The notes under the pieces: generated by a model
What the model was told of the DNA's origin: nothing
What the model saw: the letters and a program-made list of their open reading frames with translations, nothing else
Database searches by the model: none
Part shown: positions 50,328 to 59,591 of the stretch, one piece after another
Layout: each line of letters opens with the position of its first letter
Numbering within the stretch: the stretch's first letter is position 1
Made by a program: the position numbers and the translations under genes
NCBI GenBank assembly: GCA_041657445.1
Contig: JBBABV010000001.1
Location: 36,783 to 100,782, forward strand
Source: Minisyncoccota bacterium
GTDB taxonomy: Bacteria > Patescibacteriota > Minisyncoccia > Phycocordibacterales > UBA9973
Length of the DNA stretch: 64,000 nt
Reading direction: 5' to 3'

Positions 50328-51287
50328 TTATTTAAAAGTAGAATCTTTGACAATACTTGCAACCTCCTTTGCAGTGCTCGCTTCCATTAATTTTATTCTT
50401 AATTCCTTTGCTCCAAGAAATCCATTCACATATGCTTTAAAATGCTTTTTCATTACAGCAAAATTCTTCTTACCTTTAAATTCTCTTTCAAAAAACCTTG
50501 TATGCTCCACCATTACATTAAGCTTTTCCTTAATACTTTTTGGTTTCTTTTTTGAAAAAAGCCATGGGTTTCCAAAGATAGCTCTTCCTAGCATTACTCC
50601 ATCGCAACCAAACCAATCGACTTTTTTCTTTCCATCTTCTATACTTTCTACATCACCATTTCCTATGATTAAAATATCTTTATTTATCTCATCTCTAAGA
50701 CTTACAATATCCTTCATTAATTCCCACCTAGCAGGCACAAGTGACATTTCTTTTCTTGTTCGTAAATGCACAGTAAGGACATCTATCCCTTGATTTAATA
50801 AAAATCGTAACCATTCTTTATCATATTTGTTATAACCAATTCTTGTTTTAATTAGTATAGGTAAATCTCCCGCTCCTTCCTTTGCTGATTTAATTATTTC
50901 TTTTGCAAGTTCCTTGTTCTTAATGAGCGATGCCCCTGCTCCTTGCTTTTCTATTGCTCTGTCAGGGCAACCCATATTTATATCTATCCCGTCAAAACCA
51001 AGTTTCCTACATAACTCACTTGCTTTTTTAATATTCAAAGGGTTTGCTCCAAATATCTGAGCAATAATTGGATGTTCTCTTTTATTATATTTAAGATTTA
51101 CTAATAATTTTCTTTTTGCAAGAGGGTGTGTTAATCCATCAGCTGAAACAAACTCAGTCCAGAATATATCCGGCTTACCGTATTTTGAAATGATAGTCCT
51201 AAAGGCATAGTCTGTAACATCAGCCATAGGTGCAAGAACAAAAAACGGTTTTTTTATTTTTTGAAGAAAATTTATATTTTTTTTCAT
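50328..51287 (-). CDS. dus: tRNA-dihydrouridine synthase
   Basis: N-terminal LAPMADVTDYAFR and a TIM-barrel FMN site. Confidence 0.85.
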   Translation of the reverse strand: MKKNINFLQKIKKPFFVLAPMADVTDYAFRTIISKYGKPDIFWTEFVSADGLTHPLAKRKLLVNLKYNKREHPIIAQIFGANPLNIKKASELCRKLGFDGIDINMGCPDRAIEKQGAGASLIKNKELAKEIIKSAKEGAGDLPILIKTRIGYNKYDKEWLRFLLNQGIDVLTVHLRTRKEMSLVPARWELMKDIVSLRDEINKDILIIGNGDVESIEDGKKKVDWFGCDGVMLGRAIFGNPWLFSKKKPKSIKEKLNVMVEHTRFFEREFKGKKNFAVMKKHFKAYVNGFLGAKELRIKLMEASTAKEVASIVKDSTFK

Positions 51288-51298
51288 TGTATATCTTC

Positions 51299-52168
51299 TT
51301 ATCTAAACCTATAATACACTTTATTACCAAATCTTAAATCTATATATTCAAGTTCTTTTTGACTATTTTCATATTCATTTAAAAACTGCTCTGAACCAAA
51401 GACAATTTCTAAATTTTCTGTCAATTTTTCATATCCAGAATCAATATTAAAAATTATTCTTGGAGGTAATTGAATTGAAGAAGAAAGAGAAAGTAAATAA
51501 AATTCCATATCTCCATCTTCTTTTACAAAAAGTGAAACTGGATTTATATTAATACTCTTTAGCATTTTCCTAAATTTATCAATTTCTTTGATTTTCTCTT
51601 TAAGAAATGTGTGTCCAATTGGACTTTCATAATCACTTGAAATACCACCAAAAAATTTAAAATACACATCACCAGAAAAATATGGTGCAGAACTATAAAT
51701 ATATCCTTCTTCGTCCATAAAATAGCAAGTCTTTTTTTCTTGAGAGAGAATAAAATTATTACCACACCACAAGTATTGTGCATATCGCTCGGTAATGTTT
51801 ATTTTAAGAGTATTCAATCCATCAAGATTAATATCAATATCTTTATATATTAGATATTCTGATTTAACCTTTTCTATTATATTTTTACGGGGTAAAAATA
51901 TAATACTTCTTTTTGGAAAAAGTAAAAGATATTTTTCAGAAAGAATATCTTTTACTTTATTCTTAAGAATCTCACCATCAATTGGATTAATGCCTGTAAT
52001 TTCTATTGAATTAATGCTTAATTTTTCTGAACGAGAAACAAAAACAAGAGCAATTAAACAAAAAACAAAAATAATTAAAATTAGTATTATTCTTTTTCCT
52101 AATACTTCCTTTTTTCTTAATTTTGCCTTTTTTAATTTTCTGGAATCAAGAACATCTCTCTTATTCAT
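51299..52168 (-). CDS. FtsQ/DivIB-like cell-division protein
   Basis: Basic N-terminus, a single TM, then a POTRA-like beta-alpha-beta-beta unit (INSIEITGINPIDGEIL...). Confidence 0.5.
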   Translation of the reverse strand: MNKRDVLDSRKLKKAKLRKKEVLGKRIILILIIFVFCLIALVFVSRSEKLSINSIEITGINPIDGEILKNKVKDILSEKYLLLFPKRSIIFLPRKNIIEKVKSEYLIYKDIDINLDGLNTLKINITERYAQYLWCGNNFILSQEKKTCYFMDEEGYIYSSAPYFSGDVYFKFFGGISSDYESPIGHTFLKEKIKEIDKFRKMLKSININPVSLFVKEDGDMEFYLLSLSSSIQLPPRIIFNIDSGYEKLTENLEIVFGSEQFLNEYENSQKELEYIDLRFGNKVYYRFR

Positions 52169-52172
52169 TTTT

Positions 52173-53438
52173 TTATCCTATATATTCTCTTCCTCCCATA
52201 TAATTTCGTAATACCTCTGGTATTTTTACTTTTCCATCTATAGTTTGATAGTTTTCTAAAATAGCAGCTGGCACTCTTGAAGTAGCAACAGCAGTATTGT
52301 TTAAAGAATGAAGATATTTTATTTTTCCGTCATCATCCTTGTACCTTATATTAAGACGCCTTGTTTGAAAATCATGAAAATACGAAGAAGAATGTGTTTC
52401 TCTATATTTATCCTCTGACGGCATCCATGTTTCAATATCATATTTTTTTACTTGACCCAATCCCAAATCTCCACCACAATTTACTACCACCCTATATGGT
52501 AACTTTAATTCCTGGAGTAGATGTTCTACATGAGCAGTAATTTCTTCATGTAATTTAGATGATATCTCATGACTTGCTTCACATAAAAGAACTTGTTCTA
52601 ATTTATAGAACTCATGTACTCTTATAATACCTTTTGTATCCTTTCCATGACTTCCTGCTTCCCTTCTAAAACAAGGAGAGAATGTTATAAATTTTCTAGG
52701 TAATGTTTCCTTGGGAATAATCTCTCCAGAAAAATATGACATTGTAGCCACTTCTGCTGTTCCTGCTAGATAGTTTTCATCTTGAGTTTTATAAAGATCT
52801 TGTTCTCCTTGTGGTAAATACCCAGTTCCAAAAAGTGCTTCCTTACGAACCATTGAAGGAACAATCATAGGTGTATATCCTATTTTTACAAAATAATCAA
52901 GAAAGTATTGCCATAAAGCAAAAAAAAGAAGTGCTCCATCGTTTTTAATAAAATACCCCCTAAACCCAGAAACTTTTGTCCCTCTTGCAAAATCAGCTAA
53001 ATCTAAATCTTCCATTATTGATATATGGTTTTTGGGAGTGAAATCAAATGAAGTCTTTTCTCCCCAAGTTCTAATTTCAGAATTTTGTTCATCATTTTCC
53101 CCCTCAGGAACTGACATATCTGGAATATTTGGAACCTCAAGCATGAGCTTATACCATTCTTTCATTATCTCCCTTAATTTTTCCTCTCTTATCTTTATTT
53201 CATCCTTTACACCTCTCATTTCTTCTATTAATTGAATCTTAAGTGCAGGATCTTGATCTCTTGCAATATCATTAGAAACACGATTTATTTCACTTCTTAA
53301 TTCTTCTACTTCTTTTAAGATTTTTAATCTCTCATCATCTACAAATATGAGTTTGTCAACATCAAAATCTATATGCTTCTTTTTTGAACCAACAACTACT
53401 ACATCTTTATTTTCACGAATAAATTTTATATCTAACAT
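52173..53438 (-). CDS. serS: Seryl-tRNA synthetase
   Basis: N-terminal coiled-coil arm and class II motifs 2 and 3 (FRREAGSHGKDT; GLGQ...E). Confidence 0.9.
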   Translation of the reverse strand: MLDIKFIRENKDVVVVGSKKKHIDFDVDKLIFVDDERLKILKEVEELRSEINRVSNDIARDQDPALKIQLIEEMRGVKDEIKIREEKLREIMKEWYKLMLEVPNIPDMSVPEGENDEQNSEIRTWGEKTSFDFTPKNHISIMEDLDLADFARGTKVSGFRGYFIKNDGALLFFALWQYFLDYFVKIGYTPMIVPSMVRKEALFGTGYLPQGEQDLYKTQDENYLAGTAEVATMSYFSGEIIPKETLPRKFITFSPCFRREAGSHGKDTKGIIRVHEFYKLEQVLLCEASHEISSKLHEEITAHVEHLLQELKLPYRVVVNCGGDLGLGQVKKYDIETWMPSEDKYRETHSSSYFHDFQTRRLNIRYKDDDGKIKYLHSLNNTAVATSRVPAAILENYQTIDGKVKIPEVLRNYMGGREYIG

Positions 53439-53510
53439 AATGTTTATATTATATATTAATTATGCTACAATGACAAAGTCAGGTGCAAGACGCCGTAATC
53501 TAATCTATAT

Positions 53511-54386
53511 ATGGAAATAAGAAAACTAGCAAGAAGCGAGTTTCCACTTGCGTTATTGGAAATACCAGAACCACCAAAAAATCTTTGGATTATTGGTAAT
53601 TTACCAGATAACAAAATATACACATATTTATGTGTAGTTGGTTCAAGAAAAAATACATATTACGGTCGTGATGTATGTGAATACATATTATCAGGATTAA
53701 AAGGATACCCTATCGTAATAGTGTCAGGTTTTGCTATGGGTATTGATACCATAGCACACAATACTGCAATAAATATAGGTATTCCTACGGTAGTCCTACC
53801 TGGTTCAGGACTTTCAAAAGAAGTAATGTATCCTAAGACAAATCAAGAAATGGTAGACAAAATTATTGAAACAAAAGGATGCCTTCTATCAGAATTTGAA
53901 CCAAACCACCATGCTACTTTTTGGAGTTTTCCAAGACGAAATAGACTAATGGCAGGAATCTCAAAGGGAACACTTGTAATAGAAGCATCAGAAAAATCAG
54001 GGACACTCATCACTGCAAGACTGACAACAGAATACAATAGAGATCTCTTTGCTGTTCCAGGTTCAATTTTTCATCCAAATTCAATAGGTGCAAATAAACT
54101 CATAAAGCAAGGTGCAACACCCATAACAAACTCAAACGAACTACTAGACGCACTTGGTTTTGAACAAAAAACAACAAACGAATCCCTATACATCAATCTT
54201 TCTAAAGAAGAAAGAAGAATTGTAAAAATGTTAAGAAAACCTCTTTCTCGTGATGAGATAATTCAAATGACAAAAACAAATGCATCGCATGTAAATTCAC
54301 TTCTCTATATATTAGAAATTAAGGAAATAATTAAAGAGGAATGTGGTGTTATTAGATTGATAAATTTGCCAAATAATAGTATTTAG
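53511..54386 (+). CDS. dprA: DNA-processing protein A (DprA/Smf)
   Basis: Rossmann-like core VVGSRKNTYYGRDV...IVSGFAMGIDTIAH. Confidence 0.85.
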   Translation: MEIRKLARSEFPLALLEIPEPPKNLWIIGNLPDNKIYTYLCVVGSRKNTYYGRDVCEYILSGLKGYPIVIVSGFAMGIDTIAHNTAINIGIPTVVLPGSGLSKEVMYPKTNQEMVDKIIETKGCLLSEFEPNHHATFWSFPRRNRLMAGISKGTLVIEASEKSGTLITARLTTEYNRDLFAVPGSIFHPNSIGANKLIKQGATPITNSNELLDALGFEQKTTNESLYINLSKEERRIVKMLRKPLSRDEIIQMTKTNASHVNSLLYILEIKEIIKEECGVIRLINLPNNSI

Positions 54387-54407
54387 TGTAATACTTAAAA
54401 AAACGAT

Positions 54408-56675
54408 ATGAAATTATTAATTGTAGAATCACCATCAAAAGCAAAAACAATAGAGAAATATCTCTCAGATTTTTCTGCTTCAAAAAAAGATAAATACATG
54501 GTCAGGGCCTCGGTTGGGCATATCCGAGATCTTCCCAAATCAAACAAAAAAGCAATAGATATTGATTCTGGATTTGTTCCCTATTATGAAATATCTAAAG
54601 GAAAAGAAAAAGTAGTAAATGAACTACAAAACATGGCAGAAAAAGCAGATGAAATACTTTTGGCCACTGACCCTGATCGTGAAGGAGAAGCTATCGCTTG
54701 GCATATTGAAGAGATATTAAAAAGTGATAAAAATATAAAATCCCCCATCAAAAGGGTAGCATTTCATGAAATAACAAAAGATGCAATTATTTCTGCCCTC
54801 TCTAACCCAAGAGAAATAGACACAAACCTAAGAAAAGCACAAGAGGCAAGAAGAGTGCTTGATAGATTGGTAGGGTATGATTTATCCGGAATAATCTGGA
54901 AAAAAGTTAGATATGGACTTTCTGCAGGTAGAGTTCAATCCCCTGCATTGAGGATAATAATGGAAAGAGAAAGAGAGATAAGAGCATTCATCCCAGAGAA
55001 GTATTGGAAAATATGGGGAGATTTTGAGACAAAGAGTAAAGCAAAAATTACATTAAATTGTGATGAAGAGCCAAGAGATGAAGAATTAGTAAAAAAAATA
55101 CTGAACGACGGTAGAAATAAAAAATGGATAATAAGTGATGTAAAGGAATCTGAACAAAAAAGATCCCCAAGGGCACCATTTACAACTTCTACTCTTCAGC
55201 AAACAGCAAGTTCTAGACTTGGATATTCCCCATCTAAAACAATGCAAATTGCCCAAAAACTCTACGAAGCAGGACATATTACATATATGAGAACAGATAG
55301 CACAAGTATTGCAAATACCGCACAAGCCCAAATTATTTCTTTAGTAAAGAAAAAGTATGGTGAAGAATACTCATCTCCAAGAAAATATAAAACCAAATCA
55401 AAAAATGCACAAGAAGCACACGAGGCTATCAGACCCACACATATAGATTGCACAGAAGCAGGAAACGAGGAACAAAGAAAATTGTATCGCCTTATCTGGG
55501 AAAGAACAATATCATCCCAGATGTCAGATGCAAAACTTAAAAAAACAAAAATAACAGCAAAAATTTCTGATAGTCATACACTTCCTTCTTTTTCAGCAAA
55601 TGGATCAAGATTACTGTTTGCAGGTTGGCTTGCAGTGGATACTACATCAAGAGGTGACGACATCGAACTTCCGCCAGTAAAAATAGGAGAAAATCTTAAA
55701 GTGATTTCACTAGAAACGGAAGAAAAATTTACGGAACCTCCATATAGATATTCAGAGGCAGGATTGATAAAAGAACTTGAAGCAAGAGGAATAGGAAGAC
55801 CTTCAACCTATGCATCAATAATGAAGACTTTAGAAGAAAGACAATATATTAAAAAAGAAAACAGAACCCTTTTCCCTACTGACACTGGTGAAGTAGTATC
55901 TAGTTTCTTAGAAAATCATTTTGCTAAATACATCTCTGACACATTTACTGCAGAAATGGAAAACGAACTTGATGAGATATCAAGAGGAGAAAGAAAATAC
56001 GAAAAAACTCTTAAAGATTTTTATGATCCGTTTCAAAGAGAAGTAAAAGAAAAGGATAAACTTCAAAAGGTCACAAATCTAGGTGAAGCCCCAAATAATA
56101 TCAAATGTCCAAAATGTGGAAAAAGCATGATAATTAAACTTTCAAAAACTGGTAAATTCTATTCTTGCTCTAATTATCCAGATTGTGATGGAGCATTAAT
56201 GTTAGATGGAACAGAACTCAAGGGCCCAAAGGAAACCGGAGAAAATTGTCCAGAATGTGGTGATGATGTGGAAAATAAGAAAAAAAGAAAAGGAGGTAAA
56301 TTAGTAATAAGAGAAAGAAGAGACGGAACAGGTACTTTTATTTCTTGCTCAAGATACCCAAAATGTAAATTCATCAAAAAAGACGAAGCAGAAGAAGCAA
56401 GAAAAAAAACAGGTGTCGCCTGTCCAGAATGTGCAAAAGATTCATCTATAACTGAAAAAGGAGAATTAGTAGAACGAAGAGGAAGATTTGGTATATTCTA
56501 TTCCTGCTCAAATTATCCCAACTGTAAATTTGCCATCAAAGCAAAACCAACAGGGCAAACCTGTAATGAATGTGGCTCTTTAATGATGGAAGGCACAAAA
56601 ACCATTCCAGAGAGATGTAGTAATAAAACCTGCCCAAATCATAATCCACACAAGAAGAAAAACATTGTGATATAA
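54408..56675 (+). CDS. topA: DNA topoisomerase I with C-terminal zinc-ribbon repeats
   Basis: N-terminal TOPRIM region (LLIVESPSKAKTIEKYL), an active-site Tyr region, and four C4 zinc ribbons. Confidence 0.95.
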   Translation: MKLLIVESPSKAKTIEKYLSDFSASKKDKYMVRASVGHIRDLPKSNKKAIDIDSGFVPYYEISKGKEKVVNELQNMAEKADEILLATDPDREGEAIAWHIEEILKSDKNIKSPIKRVAFHEITKDAIISALSNPREIDTNLRKAQEARRVLDRLVGYDLSGIIWKKVRYGLSAGRVQSPALRIIMEREREIRAFIPEKYWKIWGDFETKSKAKITLNCDEEPRDEELVKKILNDGRNKKWIISDVKESEQKRSPRAPFTTSTLQQTASSRLGYSPSKTMQIAQKLYEAGHITYMRTDSTSIANTAQAQIISLVKKKYGEEYSSPRKYKTKSKNAQEAHEAIRPTHIDCTEAGNEEQRKLYRLIWERTISSQMSDAKLKKTKITAKISDSHTLPSFSANGSRLLFAGWLAVDTTSRGDDIELPPVKIGENLKVISLETEEKFTEPPYRYSEAGLIKELEARGIGRPSTYASIMKTLEERQYIKKENRTLFPTDTGEVVSSFLENHFAKYISDTFTAEMENELDEISRGERKYEKTLKDFYDPFQREVKEKDKLQKVTNLGEAPNNIKCPKCGKSMIIKLSKTGKFYSCSNYPDCDGALMLDGTELKGPKETGENCPECGDDVENKKKRKGGKLVIRERRDGTGTFISCSRYPKCKFIKKDEAEEARKKTGVACPECAKDSSITEKGELVERRGRFGIFYSCSNYPNCKFAIKAKPTGQTCNECGSLMMEGTKTIPERCSNKTCPNHNPHKKKNIVI

Positions 56676-56686
56676 TAGTATCTGCT

Positions 56687-58153
56687 ATGTCAGATATCAA
56701 TGAACTATTCAAATTAACTGGCCCACTTAGTGAAAATGAAAAAAAATCCATTCAGGAAGCATTTGATTTTGCTAAGAAAGCTCACGATGGACAAAAAAGG
56801 TTAAGTGGTGAACCGTATTTCACTCATGTGTTTGAAACTGCAAAAAATCTTGCAAAGTTTGGAATGGACACCAAAACAATAATAGCAGGATTACTACATG
56901 ATATTTTTGAGGATACAGAAATCAAAGAAGAAGAAATAGAAAAAAAATTTGGAAAGGAAATAGTATTCCTAGTAAATGGAGTAACAAAACTTGGAACACT
57001 AAAATACAGAGGACACGAAAGACATGTTGAAAGTCTTAGAAAATTTTTTATTGCAATGACTAATGATCTTCGTGTGGTCATTATTAAATTCGCAGATAGA
57101 TTACATAACCTAAAAACACTTGAGCATATCCGTGAAGATAAACGAGAAAGAATAGCAAAAGAATCTATAGATGTATATGCTCCACTTGCAAATAGACTTG
57201 GAATGGGAAAATTAAAAGGTGAAATAGAGGATGCCGCTTTTCCTTATGCTTTTCCTAAAGAATATGCATTAGTTCAGGAAATGACAAAAGGAAAAGAGGA
57301 ATTGTATAAAACATATCTAACAGAAGTAAAAAATAGTTTAGAAAAGGAATTAGTAAAAAATAAAGTAAAAATAGTAGAAATAAACTACAGAGTAAAACAT
57401 AAATATAGTATTTGGAAAAAATTACAACGTCGTGATATGGATATAGAAAAAATCTATGACATAGTCGCTCTTCGCATAGTAGTAAATTCTATTGAAGAAT
57501 GCTATAAGGTTCTTGGCATCGTTCACTCTATTTGGAGACCACTTCCAGGAAGAATAAAAGACTATATTGCAGTGCCAAAACCAAATGGCTATCGCTCTAT
57601 TCACACTACAATTTTCACAGGTTCTGGAGGTATAGCTGAGATACAAATCAGGACTAAAGAAATGCATGCAGAGGCTGCTTACGGTGTTGCAGCACATTTT
57701 GCCTATAAAGAGCATCAAGAAAAAAAGAAGAATGATGATAAATCAAAATATAAATGGATAGAAGACCTTGGTAATTTTAATCAAGTAATAAATGACTCAA
57801 AAAAATTTCTTGAAAATCTTAAAATGGATTTCTTTTCTGATAGAATATTTATTTTTACTCCTAAAGGAGATGTTATTGATCTCCCAGATGAATCTAGTCC
57901 AATTGATTTTGCTTATACCATTCACTCTGATATTGGAGATCATATAAGTGGTGTAAAAATAAACGGAAAAATGATGCAAATTTTTTCAAAACTTAAAAAT
58001 GCAGATATAGTAGAAATTATTGTAAAAAAGGAGGCACATCCATCTGGAAAATGGTTAGACCATGCAAAAACAAACATAGCAAAAAGACATATTCGCTCCT
58101 ATCTTGAAAAGAACAGCTTGCTTAGCAAACTAAAATCTTTTGGTAAAAGTTAA
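56687..58153 (+). CDS. rel: Short bifunctional (p)ppGpp synthetase/hydrolase (HD + RelA/SpoT synthetase + TGS only)
   Basis: HD hydrolase LLHDIFEDT, the synthetase block YRSIHTTI and a TGS domain. There is no ACT/RRM C-terminal region; the protein is 488 aa. Confidence 0.85.
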   Translation: MSDINELFKLTGPLSENEKKSIQEAFDFAKKAHDGQKRLSGEPYFTHVFETAKNLAKFGMDTKTIIAGLLHDIFEDTEIKEEEIEKKFGKEIVFLVNGVTKLGTLKYRGHERHVESLRKFFIAMTNDLRVVIIKFADRLHNLKTLEHIREDKRERIAKESIDVYAPLANRLGMGKLKGEIEDAAFPYAFPKEYALVQEMTKGKEELYKTYLTEVKNSLEKELVKNKVKIVEINYRVKHKYSIWKKLQRRDMDIEKIYDIVALRIVVNSIEECYKVLGIVHSIWRPLPGRIKDYIAVPKPNGYRSIHTTIFTGSGGIAEIQIRTKEMHAEAAYGVAAHFAYKEHQEKKKNDDKSKYKWIEDLGNFNQVINDSKKFLENLKMDFFSDRIFIFTPKGDVIDLPDESSPIDFAYTIHSDIGDHISGVKINGKMMQIFSKLKNADIVEIIVKKEAHPSGKWLDHAKTNIAKRHIRSYLEKNSLLSKLKSFGKS

Positions 58154-58159
58154 TCTAAC

Positions 58160-59182
58160 TTAAATAGTAAAATTTGATATATCATAAAGACCTGAGTCAT
58201 TATCTTTTTGTTCTTCTTTCTTTTCACTATTCTCATTTTCTACATTGGATGTATTATCAACTAAACCTACACTAGAAGGAACATTTTCATCTTGAATATC
58301 TCCTTGATTTACTTCTTGTATATATCTATCAAGCATTTCAGATGATTTTCTCTCACCTTCTGATTTATTTATCATTTCTAATATCATTCTTAAATCGTCC
58401 TTTGAAAAGAAATCAATTTTGATTTGACCACCCAATTCCTTTCTATCAATATGAACCCTAGTGCCAAGTTTTTCTTGAAATTCCTCTTCTAACTCTCTTA
58501 TCTCAGGATCAGGTTTGTATTCTTTTTTTCTTACCCTATCCGATGCTATTTTTCTTGAAATTCTTTCCGCTTCTCTTACCGTAATTCCTTTATATACTAT
58601 CTCCTTATAAAGAGTTACTTGTTCCTCTGGATGATCTGCAAGCATAAGAAGTGGTCTGGTGTGTCCTTCGGTTACTTTCCCTTCTGAAACCCCACTAAGA
58701 ATTTCTTCAGGTAATGCAAGAATTCGCATTGAGTTTGAGACATACTCACGACTTCTTCCTAGTTTTTTTGCTATTTCATTATGAGTAAATTTAAATTCAT
58801 TTGAAAGTCTAAAAAATGCCCTTGCCCTATCTACTACATTTAAATCCTCTCGTTGTAAGTTCTCTAGAATTGCAAGTTCTAGTTTTGCAAGAGAAGTATC
58901 TCCTACTCTGATAATCACAGGAACTTGTGAAATTCCAGCAATTTTAGCTGCTCTTAATCGCCTTTCGCCAGCAATGAGTTCATATTCTACAACTAAACCA
59001 CCTTCTTCTTTTTCAACTTCAATCCTAGAAACTGTAAGAGGTTGAAGTACTCCATATTGCTTTATGGACTCAGCAAGATCTTGTAGGCGAGCTTCATCAA
59101 ACTCTTTTCTTGGCTGGTATGGATTTGGCTTGATTTTTTCTGTATCAATCCAAAAAATTGAATTGGAATATAAATTTGACAT
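58160..59182 (-). CDS. parB: ParB/Spo0J-family partition protein with long acidic C-terminal tail
   Basis: ParB box GERRLRAAKIAG and an HTH. No parA is adjacent. Confidence 0.8.
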   Translation of the reverse strand: MSNLYSNSIFWIDTEKIKPNPYQPRKEFDEARLQDLAESIKQYGVLQPLTVSRIEVEKEEGGLVVEYELIAGERRLRAAKIAGISQVPVIIRVGDTSLAKLELAILENLQREDLNVVDRARAFFRLSNEFKFTHNEIAKKLGRSREYVSNSMRILALPEEILSGVSEGKVTEGHTRPLLMLADHPEEQVTLYKEIVYKGITVREAERISRKIASDRVRKKEYKPDPEIRELEEEFQEKLGTRVHIDRKELGGQIKIDFFSKDDLRMILEMINKSEGERKSSEMLDRYIQEVNQGDIQDENVPSSVGLVDNTSNVENENSEKKEEQKDNDSGLYDISNFTI

Positions 59183-59218
59183 AAATTGATTTTAGCACAT
59201 AAATTGTTTTTTTAATAA

Positions 59219-59247
59219 TTGATTTTCTGAATAATTCTGTGTAATAT
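59219..59247 (+). promoter_or_regulatory. Sigma70-like promoter for tRNA-Leu (TTGATT-17-TAATAT)
   Basis: A -35-like hexamer at 59219-59224 and a -10-like hexamer at 59242-59247, 9 nt before the tRNA 5' end. Confidence 0.45.
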
Positions 59248-59256
59248 AAGTGAATT

Positions 59257-59340
59257 GCCGGAGTGGCGAAATTGGTAACCGCAAACGACTCAAAATCGTT
59301 CGGGGGCAACCCCTTGAGAGTTCAAGTCTCTCCTCCGGCA
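59257..59340 (+). tRNA. tRNA-Leu (anticodon CAA), class II with long variable arm
   Basis: Acceptor stem GCCGGAG/CUCCGGC with discriminator A, D-loop with GG, anticodon stem-loop AACGA-CU-CAA-AA-UCGUU, a long variable arm, T-loop GUUCAAGUC, and no encoded CCA. Confidence 0.85.
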
Positions 59341-59563
59341 CTGTTAGAATAATTTTACTCTAAAATATAAGTGAAATTATTAAATATGATACTGAATAAA
59401 ATAAAAACCCTTGTAAGGCAGATTCAATACTGAAATGTAATACTAGTAGGGATAAAAGAGATTTATCAAAAATACTATTAATTTTTATAAATTAAAATTA
59501 TTCATTTATTCACTACCATATTGATAAAATTTGGTAATTAGTTTTCCACAGCCCACTTGCATT

Positions 59564-59579
59564 ATATCATATATGATAT
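59564..59579. promoter_or_regulatory. Perfect 16-bp palindrome ATATCATATATGATAT upstream of the HTH-murA ORF (putative operator)
   Basis: Self-complementary 16-mer ending 12 nt before the ATG at 59592, embedded in the direct repeats TATATCATAT x2. Confidence 0.4.
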
Positions 59580-59591
59580 ATCATATTAGGC

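Noticed and set aside
58160-59182. A parS site near parB
   Set aside because: No CACGTG-centred 16-bp palindrome is found in or around the gene.
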